The position numbers and the translations under genes are program-made. Below, piece after piece: positions 1 to 8,685 of a stretch of 57,018 nucleotides of DNA (within the stretch, counting starts at the first letter, position 1; each line of letters begins with the position of its first letter). The notes under the pieces are model-generated. The model searched no databases. It saw only the letters and a list, made by a program, of their open reading frames with translations, and was not told the DNA's origin. Origin of the DNA: Acidimicrobiia bacterium (GTDB lineage: Bacteria; Acidobacteriota; Vicinamibacteria; Vicinamibacterales; UBA2999); assembly GCA_016871375.1 (NCBI GenBank), contig VFYY01000003.1, forward strand, positions 1-57,018. Reading direction: 5' to 3'.

Positions 1-217
1 CGACCGGAAGAGGTTGCACGCGGAGGTCGTGCAGCAAGGCGCGAAGACGCTGTCGCTGGCTTCGATGGGGCAGGTGAAAGCACGCCTCGGTCAGCACCCC
101 GTCGCATACCGCGAACTCCTCGTTCGCCAATGACGCGAGCTGCTTCACCGCCGCCCGGTGCTTCGAGTCGCGCGCATCACAGAGGGCCACGAGCGGCGTC
201 GTATCGACGAGAATCAC
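1..217 (-). CDS. PIN-domain toxin (VapC-like), 3' end cut by window edge
   Basis: The minus-strand frame starts at GTG 217..215 and overlaps the antitoxin stop (GTGA). It reads V-ILVDTTPLVALCDARDSKHRAAVKQLASLANEEFAVCDGVLTEACFHL..., with the ILVDT acidic start typical of PIN toxins. It is absent from the ORF track because it is truncated. Confidence 0.7.
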   Translation of the reverse strand, partial: MILVDTTPLVALCDARDSKHRAAVKQLASLANEEFAVCDGVLTEACFHLPHRSQRQRLRALLHDLRVQPLPV

Positions 218-498
218 CTGCGCACGGGACGAAGCGTGCCGAGAATAGCCTCGCGCGCGGCGTGCCGATCGTGGACGTCGTACTCGCGTGGCGGCAGATC
301 GGGAGGATCGGGATGCTCGTCGAACATCCGCCGGATGATCGCTTTGGCGTCCGGCCTGGACTCGGACCGCAATTCGAGGAAGCGTTCGTCGATCGCCTCG
401 CGTACGACGTCCGACAGCGCAACGCCGCGTTCGCGAAGCGCCTGCGCCTTCCGCAGCCGATCGGTGTCGAGCCGGACGTTGATCAAGCGAGAGCTCAT
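214..498 (-). CDS. ribbon-helix-helix (CopG/VapB-like) antitoxin
   Basis: 94-aa ORF. Its N-terminus INVRLDTDRLRKAQALRERGVALSDVVREAI fits an RHH fold. It overlaps the downstream PIN gene by 4 bp. Confidence 0.75.
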   Translation of the reverse strand: MSSRLINVRLDTDRLRKAQALRERGVALSDVVREAIDERFLELRSESRPDAKAIIRRMFDEHPDPPDLPPREYDVHDRHAAREAILGTLRPVRR

Positions 499-559
499 GC
501 TGTAAAGATAACTCGTCTTTACGACGGCGGCAAGTCCCTGCCGGCGCTCCGTATCGACA

Positions 560-1558
560 CTACACGCCGTAGAACGACGGCAGCCGGAGGTCGCGCATCG
601 TACGGAGGCCCGGCGGCGCGGCCAGCACGGCCGGAATGCTGTTCACCGTCATCGACGCGGTGGCGATGTCGCCGTGCACGCCGCCCCGGATCGTCGAGTG
701 AATGCGCGGTGAGCCGTCGATGATGACCGAGTCGTAGGACTCAGGCGCGCCGAGATAGGCCTCGAGGTGCAGGTGAATGCGCGCGTCGCCGTTCACGTAG
801 CCGATGCCGTCCTGCACGATCCCGCAGACGTAGCCGGGATCGACCGCCAGCAGGTCGCTGGCGACCGGTTCGGTCGCGATCTTCGGCACGATGTCGTCGG
901 TCACGCGATCGAGCCTCCAGCCGAGCGCGGCGGCAATCATGTGCATCGACTCGGTGAACCCGACGTGCCGCAGCGTGCCGTGCTCGACGCCGCGCGCGAA
1001 CTGCTCCCGGTCGAGGCCGGCGCCGATCTTCTGTTGAAACGGCAGGCGGCGGACGCGCGCGTCCTGGACGCGGTGCACGGTCACGGCGTCCACGCGCTCG
1101 CAGAGGGCGCTGAGCGCGATCGGCAGCGCGTCCATGAGGAAGCCGGGGTTCACGCCCGTGCCGACGACGGCCACCTTCGCCTTGCGGGCGGCCTCGTCCA
1201 GCTGTTTCGCGATGCGGCGGTTCTTCGGCGCCACATACGCCGCCTCCTCCGTCGTCGTCACGATCGGCACCCGGTGCTTCAGCACTTCCTCGAATTGCGG
1301 CTGGACGGCCTTCAGGGACGAGCTGGTGCAGAGGACGGCGACGTCGGGCCTGGTCGCCTTCAGCGTCCTGCCAATCGAGTCGGTGACCGTGACGCGCAGC
1401 CTGCGGCCAAGCTCGACGACGTCGCCGGCGTCCTTGCCGACCTTGGCGGGATCGACGTCCACGGCGCCGACGATCTGGAAACCCTTGCGCACCGCGAGCT
1501 GCCGCGCGACCGCCGCGCCGATGGGACCGAGACCAACGAGCACTACGCGAATCGTCAT
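560..1558 (-). CDS. NAD(P)-binding DapB-like / 2,4-diaminopentanoate-dehydrogenase-family oxidoreductase
   Basis: Rossmann start IRVVLVGLGPIGAAV and a DapB-like C-terminal domain. I chose the ATG at 1558 (MTIRV) because GGAG lies ~7 nt upstream. Confidence 0.6.
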   Translation of the reverse strand: MTIRVVLVGLGPIGAAVARQLAVRKGFQIVGAVDVDPAKVGKDAGDVVELGRRLRVTVTDSIGRTLKATRPDVAVLCTSSSLKAVQPQFEEVLKHRVPIVTTTEEAAYVAPKNRRIAKQLDEAARKAKVAVVGTGVNPGFLMDALPIALSALCERVDAVTVHRVQDARVRRLPFQQKIGAGLDREQFARGVEHGTLRHVGFTESMHMIAAALGWRLDRVTDDIVPKIATEPVASDLLAVDPGYVCGIVQDGIGYVNGDARIHLHLEAYLGAPESYDSVIIDGSPRIHSTIRGGVHGDIATASMTVNSIPAVLAAPPGLRTMRDLRLPSFYGV

Positions 1559-1578
1559 CGTGCGCTCCAACTGTCGAT

Positions 1579-1586
1579 TATAGAAT
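1579..1586 (+). promoter_or_regulatory. possible -10 box (TATAGAAT) 10 nt upstream of the M1 peptidase ATG, implying a short or absent leader
   Basis: An AT-rich octamer stands out in a GC-rich 26-bp divergent intergenic gap, and no Shine-Dalgarno sequence is visible before ATG 1597. Confidence 0.3.
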
Positions 1587-1596
1587 CAGGCACACC

Positions 1597-3534
1597 ATGC
1601 CTCCGCGCGCGGTAGCCCTTGCGTTCGTTGTTGCGTGCTCGAGTCTCATCAATGCCCAGCAGGGCACACCATCTCCGCGCAATGCCAGTTACACGATCGA
1701 GGCGCGGCTCCTGCCGGAGGCGAGATCGATTCGCGGCCGCGAAGTCATCCGCTGGCGCAACACGAGCAGCCGGCCCACGAGCGAGCTGCAGTTTCACCTC
1801 TACTGGAACGCGTGGCGCAACGCGGATTCGACGTGGCTGCGCGAGCGGCGCCTCGCCGGCCTCTACACCGAGCCGCGACCCGATGCCTGGAGCGCGACCG
1901 ACGTCACCCGCCTTCGCCTGCGCGCAGGCTTCGGCGGGGCAGGCGCGTGGGCTGACCTGACGGAGCAGCAGCGGTTCATCGCGCCTGACGATGGGAACGC
2001 GGCGGATCGAACGGTCATGAGCGTCGCGCTGCCGGCGGCGGTGGCGCCGAACGAGTCGGTCGACGTCGAGATCGAGTGGATCTCGAAGATCCCACGGCCG
2101 TTCGCGCGCACCGGCTACGTGGACGACTACTACTTCATCGCGCAGTGGTTCCCGAAGCTCGGCGTGCTCGAGGACGCCGGCTGGAACACGCATCAGTTCC
2201 ATGCGGCGACGGAGTTCTACTCGAACTTCGGCGTCTACGACGTGGCGCTGACGGTGCCGGCGGAGTTCGTGGTCGGCGCCTCCGGCCGCGAGACGGCGCG
2301 CCGTACCAACGACGATGGCACGGTGACGCGTGAGTTCCACGGCGAGGACATCCACGACTTCGCGTGGACCGCGAGCCCGGACTACATCGACCTCACACGG
2401 CGCTTCGAGCACGCGACGCTGCCGCCCGTGGACGTCCGCCTGCTGCTCCAGCCCGAGCGTCGCGGCCTCGCCGAGCGTTACTTCGCCATCAGCAACGCCA
2501 CGCTGCGCCTGTACGGCGAATGGTTCGGCGCCTACCCCTACGGCCACATGACCGTCGTCGATCCGGCTTTCCAGAGCGGGGCCGACGGCATGGAATACCC
2601 CACCTTGCTCACCGGCCGCGGGCGGTGGCTGGCGCCCGCGGACGTCCAGGTGCCGGAGATGACGACCTCGCACGAGATCGGGCACCAGTGGTGGTACGGG
2701 CTCGTCGCCACCAACGAGTTCGAGCACGCGTGGATGGACGAGGGCATCAACACCTACGCCACGGCGCGCGTGATGGACGAGGCGTTCCCGGGAAACCGCG
2801 TGGAGGCGCGCTACTTCGGCGGGTTCATTCCGTGGGTGTTCGACGAGATCCCGTTCACGCGCATCGAAAACGACCGGCTCGCGGGCTATCGCGACAACGC
2901 GGAGGCCGACATCCCGGCCACGCCGACGCTTCGCTACTGGCCGTCCACGGCCACGTTCATCAGCTATAACAAGACCGCACTCTGGCTGCACACGCTCGAG
3001 AAGCACCTCGGATGGCCGGTCATGCAGCGCGCGCTCGCCACCTACTTCGAGCGCGGCAGGTTCCGCCATCCCCAGCCCGCCGACTTCTTCGCCATCGTCA
3101 ACGAGGTGAGCGGGCGCGACATGACGTGGTTCTTCGACCAGGTCTACCGCGGCTCGAACGTGTTCGACTACGGCGTGCAGGAGCTTTCGAGCCGGCTGAA
3201 GCCGGCCCCCACGACCGTCCACGAAACGTCCGTCGTCGTACGACGCTATGGTGAAGCCACCTTCCCGGTGGACGTCGTCACGCGATTCGAGAACGGCGAG
3301 GAAGTGCGCGAACGCTGGGACGGCCTCGATCGGCGGGTGATCTATACGTACGAGCGGGAGTCGCGTCCGGTCTCCGCGTGGGTGGATCCAGATCGGGTGC
3401 TGCTGCTCGACGTCAACTACACGAACAACAGCCGGACGCTGGCGCCGCGGGCGTCCGACGCTGGCCTGAAGTGGGGCCTGAAGTGGATGGTGTGGCTCCA
3501 GGACCTGATGCTGACGTATGCATTCTTTGTGTAG
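1597..3534 (+). CDS. secreted M1-family zinc metallopeptidase (aminopeptidase N-like)
   Basis: Signal-peptide-like N-terminus, HEIGHQWWYG followed by WMDEGINTY (gluzincin HEXXH-18-E). Confidence 0.85.
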   Translation: MPPRAVALAFVVACSSLINAQQGTPSPRNASYTIEARLLPEARSIRGREVIRWRNTSSRPTSELQFHLYWNAWRNADSTWLRERRLAGLYTEPRPDAWSATDVTRLRLRAGFGGAGAWADLTEQQRFIAPDDGNAADRTVMSVALPAAVAPNESVDVEIEWISKIPRPFARTGYVDDYYFIAQWFPKLGVLEDAGWNTHQFHAATEFYSNFGVYDVALTVPAEFVVGASGRETARRTNDDGTVTREFHGEDIHDFAWTASPDYIDLTRRFEHATLPPVDVRLLLQPERRGLAERYFAISNATLRLYGEWFGAYPYGHMTVVDPAFQSGADGMEYPTLLTGRGRWLAPADVQVPEMTTSHEIGHQWWYGLVATNEFEHAWMDEGINTYATARVMDEAFPGNRVEARYFGGFIPWVFDEIPFTRIENDRLAGYRDNAEADIPATPTLRYWPSTATFISYNKTALWLHTLEKHLGWPVMQRALATYFERGRFRHPQPADFFAIVNEVSGRDMTWFFDQVYRGSNVFDYGVQELSSRLKPAPTTVHETSVVVRRYGEATFPVDVVTRFENGEEVRERWDGLDRRVIYTYERESRPVSAWVDPDRVLLLDVNYTNNSRTLAPRASDAGLKWGLKWMVWLQDLMLTYAFFV

Positions 3535-3562
3535 CCGGCTGCCGGCTGCCGGCTGCCGGCAG
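3535..3562. repeat. heptamer tandem repeat (CCGGCTG)x3 + CCGGCAG
   Basis: It fills almost the whole gap between the stop TAG at 3532..3534 and ATG 3565, and it contains the palindrome CTGCCGGCAG. Confidence 0.9.
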
Positions 3563-3564
3563 TC

Positions 3565-4560
3565 ATGAGTGCGTGGTTCGACGGCTGGCGCCGCGTGCTC
3601 GCGGCGCGCGCGATCGTCGCCGGCGTCTATGCCGCGACGCTGCTGACCGCGCTGCCGCTGGCGCTCACGATGCGGGGGCTGATCGAGGCGGACCTCGGGC
3701 GCAGCGCCATGGCCGATCGCGCCGCCGACGGCGTGAACTACGACTGGTGGCAGGAGTTCACGGCACGGGCCACCGGTATCGGCACGACTCTGACGCCGTC
3801 GGTGATCGGGTTTGCCGCCACGCTCGACAACGTCAGCAGCCTGCTCGACGGCCAGCGCGAGAACGTGGCGGTGATGGCCGCGCTGGCCACGTACCTGCTG
3901 GTCTGGACGTTCCTCTCCGGCGGCATCCTCGACCGCTACGCGCGGCAGCGGCCCGTGCGCGCGCACGGGTTCTTCGCCGCATCGGGCGTCTTCTTCTGGC
4001 GGTTCCTGCGGCTCGGCCTCGTGGCCGGCCTCGTCTACGGGTTCCTGTTCACGTACGTGCACGGCTGGCTGTTCGACGACCTCTACGAGCGCATGACGCG
4101 CGACCTCGCGGTCGAACGCGAGGCGTTCGCGTGGCGGGCGGGCCTGTATCTCGTCTTCGCCGGCCTGCTGGCAGTCGCCACGACGGTGTTCGACTACGCG
4201 CGCATCCGGACCGTGGTGGAGGATCGCCGCAGCGCCATCGGATCGCTGCTGGCCGCGCTCGGCTTCATCGGCCGCCACCCCGGCCGGGTCGCAGGCCTGT
4301 ACCTGCTCAACGCGCTCGCATTCCTGGTCGTGATGGCGGTGTGGGCGGGAGTCGCGCCGGGCGCCGGAGGCGCCGGGCTGTCGGCCTGGCTGGGTTTCGT
4401 GGGGAGCCAGTGCTTCGTCGTGGCGCGGCTGCTCGTGAAGCTGCAGTTTCTCGCCTCGCAGACCGCGCTCTTTCAGCGGCTGCTGGCGCATGCCGGCTAT
4501 ACGGCGGCGCCCGCGCACGTCTGGCCGGAGTCGCCGGCCGCTGAATCGTTGCGTACGTAG
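3565..4560 (+). CDS. multi-pass membrane protein, function unknown
   Basis: 331-aa ORF with several hydrophobic helices and high GC3. Its stop TAG lies within a GTAGTGTCCGGCT motif of the adjacent repeat. Confidence 0.6.
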   Translation: MSAWFDGWRRVLAARAIVAGVYAATLLTALPLALTMRGLIEADLGRSAMADRAADGVNYDWWQEFTARATGIGTTLTPSVIGFAATLDNVSSLLDGQRENVAVMAALATYLLVWTFLSGGILDRYARQRPVRAHGFFAASGVFFWRFLRLGLVAGLVYGFLFTYVHGWLFDDLYERMTRDLAVEREAFAWRAGLYLVFAGLLAVATTVFDYARIRTVVEDRRSAIGSLLAALGFIGRHPGRVAGLYLLNALAFLVVMAVWAGVAPGAGGAGLSAWLGFVGSQCFVVARLLVKLQFLASQTALFQRLLAHAGYTAAPAHVWPESPAAESLRT

Positions 4561-4707
4561 TGTCCGGCTCTGGCGCGGTTTCGACTTCTTCGTAGTGTCC
4601 GGCTTTAGCCTGGCTTTAGCCGAGCTTTAGCCGGACCACACACGGCGGTGCCGATCAACGTGGTCCGGCTAAAGCCGGACACTACGACGTTTCAGAAACC
4701 GCTCTAG
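4555..4707. repeat. MITE/REP-like nested palindrome, copy A (expanded left arm)
   Basis: GCGCGGTTTCGACTTCTTCGTAGTGTCCGGCTTTAGCC(TGGCTTTAGCCGAGCTTTAGCC)GGACC - ACACACGGCGGTGCCGATCAACGT - GGTCCGGCTAAAGCCGGACACTACGACGTTTCAGAAACCGCTCTAG. A partial extra arm (CGTAGTGTCCGGCT) sits at 4555..4568. Confidence 0.9.
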
Positions 4708-6517
4708 CCGGACCCGTGACGGGAACGACGGTTCCCGCGAGGATGTCCTTCAGGCGGTCGGCATCCACCGATTCCACCTCGAGCAGCTCTTCGGCCAGCG
4801 CCTTCAGCGCGGCGCGCTGGCGCTCGATGATCTGCCGCGCGGTCTCGTAGCCGCGCATCACGAGCACGCGAATCTCCTCGTCCACGCGGCGCGCCGTCTC
4901 CTCGCTGAAGCCCGATGCGCGGTTGTCGGAATCCCACGCGCTCGACGGGCGGCGGAAGTGCAACGGCCCGAGCGGCGACATGCCCAGCTCGCACACCATC
5001 TTCCGCGCCAGCTCGGTGGCGCGCTCGATGTCGTTGGACGCGCCGCTCGTCATCTGGCGGAGGAACAGCTCCTCGGCCACGCGGCCGCCCATCAGGATCG
5101 CGATCTGCGCCTCGATGAACGGCTTCGAGTGCGTGTAGCGGTCGGCCTCGGGCAGCTGCATCGTCACGCCCAGCGCGCGGCCGCGCGGGATGATCGTCAC
5201 CTTGTGCAGCGGATCCGCGTCCGGCAGGAGCGCGGCCACCACCGCGTGCCCCGCCTCGTGGTACGCGCAGGTGACGCGCTCCTTGTCGCTCATCGCCACC
5301 GACTTGCGCTCCACGCCCATGAGCCCCTTGTCGCGGGCAGCGTCGAGGTCGGCGTTCGCCACCGTCTTCCGGCCGTTCCGTGCCGCGATGAGCGCGGCCT
5401 CGTTGATCAGGTTCGCCAGGTCGGCGCCGCTGAAGCCGGGCGTGCCCCGCGCGATCGACCGCAGGTCCACGTCGCCCTCGAGCGCGACCTTCTTCGAGTG
5501 CACGCGCAGGATCTGCTCGCGTCCCTTGATGTCGGGGTTGCCGACGACCACCTGGCGGTCGAACCGGCCCGGGCGCAGCAGCGCCGGGTCGAGGATGTCC
5601 TGCCGGTTGGTGGCGGCGACGATGATGATGCTCTCGGACTGCTGGAAGCCGTCCATCTCGACGAGGAGCTGGTTGAGCGTCTGCTCGCGCTCCTCGTGGC
5701 TCAGCGAGTTGCCGCCGCGGTTGCGGCCGACCGCGTCGAGCTCGTCGATGAAGATGATGCAGGACTTGTGGCGCCGCGCGTCGCGGAACAGGCGCCGCAC
5801 GCGGGCCGCGCCGACGCCGGCGTACATCTCGACGAAGTCGGAGCCGCTGGCGGAGATGAACGGCACGCCCGCCTCGCCCGCCATCGAGCGCGCCAGCAGG
5901 GTCTTGCCCGTGCCCGGAGGGCCGACGAGCAGGATGCCGCGCGGGATGCGGCCGCCGATCTCGGCGAAGCGCTCCGGCTCCTTCAGGAAGTCCACGATCT
6001 CGCGCACCTCGTCCTTCGCCTCGTCCACGCCGGCGACGTCCTGGAACGTGACCGCGACCTGCTGCGGATCGATGGTGCGCGCCTTCTCGAGCGTCGGCAC
6101 GCGGCCGGTGGTCACCCGGTAGAGCACCAGGCCGACGATGCCGAAAAACAGCAGGCCGACCGCGAGCGCGCCGTAGCCGCCCGAGGTGGCGGACTCAGCC
6201 CTGGCCACCTCGAGCACGACGCCGCGATCGGTGAGGCTGGTGACGAACGTCGGGTTGGACGCGACGTAGCCGGCCGGTGCAACCGTGATGGACCGCGTGC
6301 CGTCCCGGCGCTCGAACTCGAGCGCTTCCGCGGCGACGACGACACGGCCGACCGTGCCGGCCTGGACGTCCTTGAGGAATTCGGAGAACGCAACGGTGGT
6401 CGGCTCGGGCGCGCCCGTGGACCGCAGCGTCAGGAACGTGACGACCGCGGCGGCAACGATGAGAATGCCAATGCCTGTCCAGAACAGGCGCGAGCGCGAG
6501 AACTTGCCTCCGAGCAC
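4682..6517 (-). CDS. ftsH: ATP-dependent zinc metalloprotease FtsH
   Basis: Two N-terminal TM helices, Walker A GPPGTGKT, second region of homology, and zinc site HEAGHA. GTG start. The last 8 codons and the stop lie inside repeat copy A. Confidence 0.95.
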   Translation of the reverse strand: MLGGKFSRSRLFWTGIGILIVAAAVVTFLTLRSTGAPEPTTVAFSEFLKDVQAGTVGRVVVAAEALEFERRDGTRSITVAPAGYVASNPTFVTSLTDRGVVLEVARAESATSGGYGALAVGLLFFGIVGLVLYRVTTGRVPTLEKARTIDPQQVAVTFQDVAGVDEAKDEVREIVDFLKEPERFAEIGGRIPRGILLVGPPGTGKTLLARSMAGEAGVPFISASGSDFVEMYAGVGAARVRRLFRDARRHKSCIIFIDELDAVGRNRGGNSLSHEEREQTLNQLLVEMDGFQQSESIIIVAATNRQDILDPALLRPGRFDRQVVVGNPDIKGREQILRVHSKKVALEGDVDLRSIARGTPGFSGADLANLINEAALIAARNGRKTVANADLDAARDKGLMGVERKSVAMSDKERVTCAYHEAGHAVVAALLPDADPLHKVTIIPRGRALGVTMQLPEADRYTHSKPFIEAQIAILMGGRVAEELFLRQMTSGASNDIERATELARKMVCELGMSPLGPLHFRRPSSAWDSDNRASGFSEETARRVDEEIRVLVMRGYETARQIIERQRAALKALAEELLEVESVDADRLKDILAGTVVPVTGPARAVSETS

Positions 6518-6788
6518 AGCTACTCCCTATGGGCGTAATCGGAGTTCCACGGCAAAACCGCAGAACACCGAGGGAGCCGACGGCACCCGGGAGAAGCCGG
6601 TGCAACACGGCCCGATTTGTGTGGGAAACGCGCTTGCGGGTGGAACCTCGAGGCACTACCCGGCCGACGTACGCCCGATGTTCTATCGAACCGGGACGGC
6701 GCTGTAAATAGATAGCCATCAGTGATTTATGGAGCCCAGCCATGAGATCCCGCGGGTCGGCGATCAGGCCGGAGGCGATTACACCCTT

Positions 6789-6814
6789 CTACCATTCGTG
6801 GTATACCATGGTAG
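6789..6814. promoter_or_regulatory. candidate VapB operator (overlapping inverted repeats)
   Basis: CTACCA-TTCG-TGGTA-TACCA-TGGTAG lies immediately upstream of the vapB ATG (6820). It carries two TACCA/TGGTA inverted pairs. Confidence 0.4.
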
Positions 6815-6819
6815 AAAGC

Positions 6820-7089
6820 ATGGCCCTGAACATCAAGAATGCTGACGTCGAACGGTTGGCGGCGGATGTGGCTCGACTGACGGGTGAGTCGAAGACGGAG
6901 GCGATTCGCCGCGCACTCGACGAGCGAAAACGCCGGCTGCAGGGATCGGCAACGGCGCAGCGGCGCGCCCGGGTCCTGCGGTTCCTGGAGCGGAAGGTGT
7001 GGCCGGGGCTGCCCGAGTCGGAGAAAGGGCGACGGCTGTCGCGCGCGGAAGAGGACGAGATTCTCGGCTTCGGGCCTGGCGGCGTATGA
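6820..7089 (+). CDS. vapB: VapB-family antitoxin
   Basis: MALNIKNADVERLAADVARLTGESKTEAIRRALDERKRRL is typical of the Rv0623/FitA-like VapB N-terminus. The internal ATG at 6820 of ORF 6742..7089 was chosen. It overlaps vapC by ATGA. Confidence 0.75.
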   Translation: MALNIKNADVERLAADVARLTGESKTEAIRRALDERKRRLQGSATAQRRARVLRFLERKVWPGLPESEKGRRLSRAEEDEILGFGPGGV

Positions 7090-7472
7090 CGCTCGATTCC
7101 TCCGCGCTCGTCGCGATCCTCTTCGCCGAACCGGGCTACCTGGAGCTGGTCGATCGCATCCTCGACGCCGATCACGTGCGCATCGGCGCACCCACGCTGG
7201 TTGAGGCGACGCTGGTCTTTGCGGGACGCCGGCGGTCGTCGGCCACCGGAGAAGTCGAGCAGCTGGTGAGGGAACTCGGCGTAACCGTCGTGCCATTCGG
7301 CGAAGCGGAATGCCGCGTCGCCACGACGGCCTTCCTGAAGTTCGGCCGCGGCCGCCACCCGGCAGCGCTCAACTTCGGCGACTGCTTCGCCTACGCAACC
7401 GCCAGGCAGGGCGGGGACACGCTTCTCTACGTCGGAGAGGACTTCGCCCGTACGGACATCGCCGCGGCCTAG
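7086..7472 (+). CDS. vapC: PIN-domain toxin VapC
   Basis: MTLDSSALVAILFAEPG..., later FGDCFAYATA (conserved PIN acidic residues). Start is ATG 7086 (codon 30 of ORF 6999..7472). The stop TAG is part of the repeat terminus CTAGCGCGG. Confidence 0.85.
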   Translation: MTLDSSALVAILFAEPGYLELVDRILDADHVRIGAPTLVEATLVFAGRRRSSATGEVEQLVRELGVTVVPFGEAECRVATTAFLKFGRGRHPAALNFGDCFAYATARQGGDTLLYVGEDFARTDIAAA

Positions 7473-7563
7473 CGCGGTTTCGACTTCTTCGTAGTGTCCG
7501 GCTTTAGCCGGACCACACACGGCGGTGCCGATCAACTTGGTCCGGCTAAAGCCGGACACTACG
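7469..7563. repeat. MITE/REP-like element, copy B (right arm truncated after ...GGACACTACG)
   Basis: Full left arm and 24-nt core, with only the hairpin part of the right arm. The outer 21 nt are replaced by the 35-bp repeats. Confidence 0.9.
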
Positions 7564-7566
7564 ATG

Positions 7567-7636
7567 CCGATCGGGCCGACTAAAGTCGGCCCCTACGACA
7601 GCCGATCGGGCCGACTAAAGTCGGCCCCTACGACAG
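7567..7636. repeat. 2 x 35-bp perfect tandem repeat, each unit a hairpin
   Basis: The unit CCGATCGGGCCGACTAAAGTCGGCCCCTACGACAG occurs twice. The stem GGGCCGAC/GTCGGCCC with a TAAA loop resembles the REP arm hairpin GTCCGGC-TTTA-GCCGGAC. Confidence 0.9.
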
Positions 7637-7886
7637 CGCGAACCGCTTCTTCCAAGCCGTGGATCGCCGCGATGTGCGGATGGTTGAGCGCGGCCAGCAC
7701 CTGCGCCTCGCGCTGGAACCGCGCGAGCCGCTCGGGATCGTCCGCGAACGCCTCCGGCAGGACTTTCAGCGCGACGTCGCGCCCCAGCCGCGCATCGCGC
7801 GCGCGATACACCTCGCCCATCCCGCCCGCGCCCAGCGTGCCGGTCACCTCATACGGCCCAATCCGCGAACCGGTCAGCAGCGACAT
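7593..7886 (-). pseudogene. N-terminal remnant of a Hanks-type Ser/Thr protein kinase
   Basis: [23 protein letters not shown]...DVALKVL...[21 protein letters not shown] corresponds to subdomains I-IV only. Homology stops near 7650, and the rest of the ORF is read-through into the 35-bp repeats. Confidence 0.7.
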
Positions 7887-7981
7887 AAACCGTTCCGGTG
7901 CCTGAAATTATCGGGAGACGCCGGGCCGGGCTATACCGAACAGGCGCCGCCGGGCCTCCGACGACGGTAGAATCGGAAGTG

Positions 7982-8203
7982 ATGGAGCCCGGTCTGGAAC
8001 GCGTCCTGCGGGGACTGCAGGAAACGGCAGAGCGGATGAAAGACTTCCGCTTCGAAGTCTCGGATGAGTACCGGTCGCTGTTGCTGCGTCTCGAGGCGCA
8101 CCCCATGAATCAGTCCGGCTCGGACAAGACCGCCGTGTTTCAGGGTCAGCGCGCCTACAAGAAGTCGTTTCACGACGTCCGCCTCCTGACTGACAACCCG
8201 TGA
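7982..8203 (+). CDS. small hypothetical protein (73 aa), coupled to the downstream nucleotidyltransferase remnant
   Basis: ATG at codon 29 of ORF 7898..8203. GC3-rich. The stop overlaps the next start (GTGA). Confidence 0.4.
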   Translation: MEPGLERVLRGLQETAERMKDFRFEVSDEYRSLLLRLEAHPMNQSGSDKTAVFQGQRAYKKSFHDVRLLTDNP

Positions 8204-8659
8204 GCGCGAGCGAGCCGTTCGCGCCGCTCGCCCGCGCCCTTGCGAATCGCGGAGTCCGTTACGTGCTCATCGGCGTCTCCGGCGCGAACTTCTACGCTCC
8301 CCCACCATTTCCACGATTCGTGACCGACGACTGGGACCTTTTCCTCCCGCTGGAACCCGCGAACCTCGTGAGGGCCTGGACAGCATGCGATGAGGAGGGC
8401 ACGGAGCTCTGGCTGGAGAAGAGCCTCTCGACCGTCCGCGGGACACCTGGCTCGCCGAGCGCATCGTGGCGCAGCGCGCTCTCACACGCGTGAGATGAGT
8501 GGCGTCGAGGTTCCAACGGCGCGCCTGACCCACATCATCGAGTCGAAGCAGGCCGCGGGACGGCAGAAAGACCAGATGTTTCTCACCGCACATCAGGACG
8601 TGCTCGAGCAGCTGCTGACGAAGCTGGATCCGCCCCTGCCGAAGCGGCCGGCAGACTGA
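8200..8659 (+). pseudogene. minimal nucleotidyltransferase-fold protein with two frameshifts
   Basis: Frame 1 reads RYVLIGVSGANFY...FVTDDWDLFLPL (NTase G-S/DxD-like). Frame 3 reads GEEPLDRPRDTWLAERIVAQRALTRV. Frame 2 reads GVEVPTARLTHIIESKQAAGRQKDQMFL (typical C-terminal KxAxGRxKD motif). The three frames are needed in succession between ~8405 and ~8495. Confidence 0.55.
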
Positions 8660-8685
8660 AAACGCCGCTGCTACAATCGGTCGAC

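Noticed and set aside
1555-4518. 987-aa ORF antisense to the M1 peptidase and the membrane-protein genes. Similar long shadow ORFs include 12222..14198, 14608..16764, 40354..42270, 46029..48077, 50702..52579 and 53178..54773.
   Set aside because: These are Arg/Pro/Ala/Gly-rich low-complexity translations with no motifs, lying opposite genes that have clear family signatures. They are typical stop-codon-poor antisense frames of high-GC DNA.
6676-6699. A tRNA-like T-arm (GGTTCGATAGA on the minus strand) lies in the 300-bp ftsH upstream region.
   Set aside because: The flanking bases do not form the 5-bp T-stem, acceptor stem or anticodon arm, so no cloverleaf can be drawn.
6716-6735. A similar AT-rich motif, ATCA(G/A)TGATTTATG, occurs at ~6716..6735 and at ~36395..36415, upstream of vapB and of the lipoprotein gene.
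   Set aside because: There are only two occurrences, at different distances from the starts, in the few AT-rich promoter-like stretches available. That is too little evidence to call a regulatory motif.
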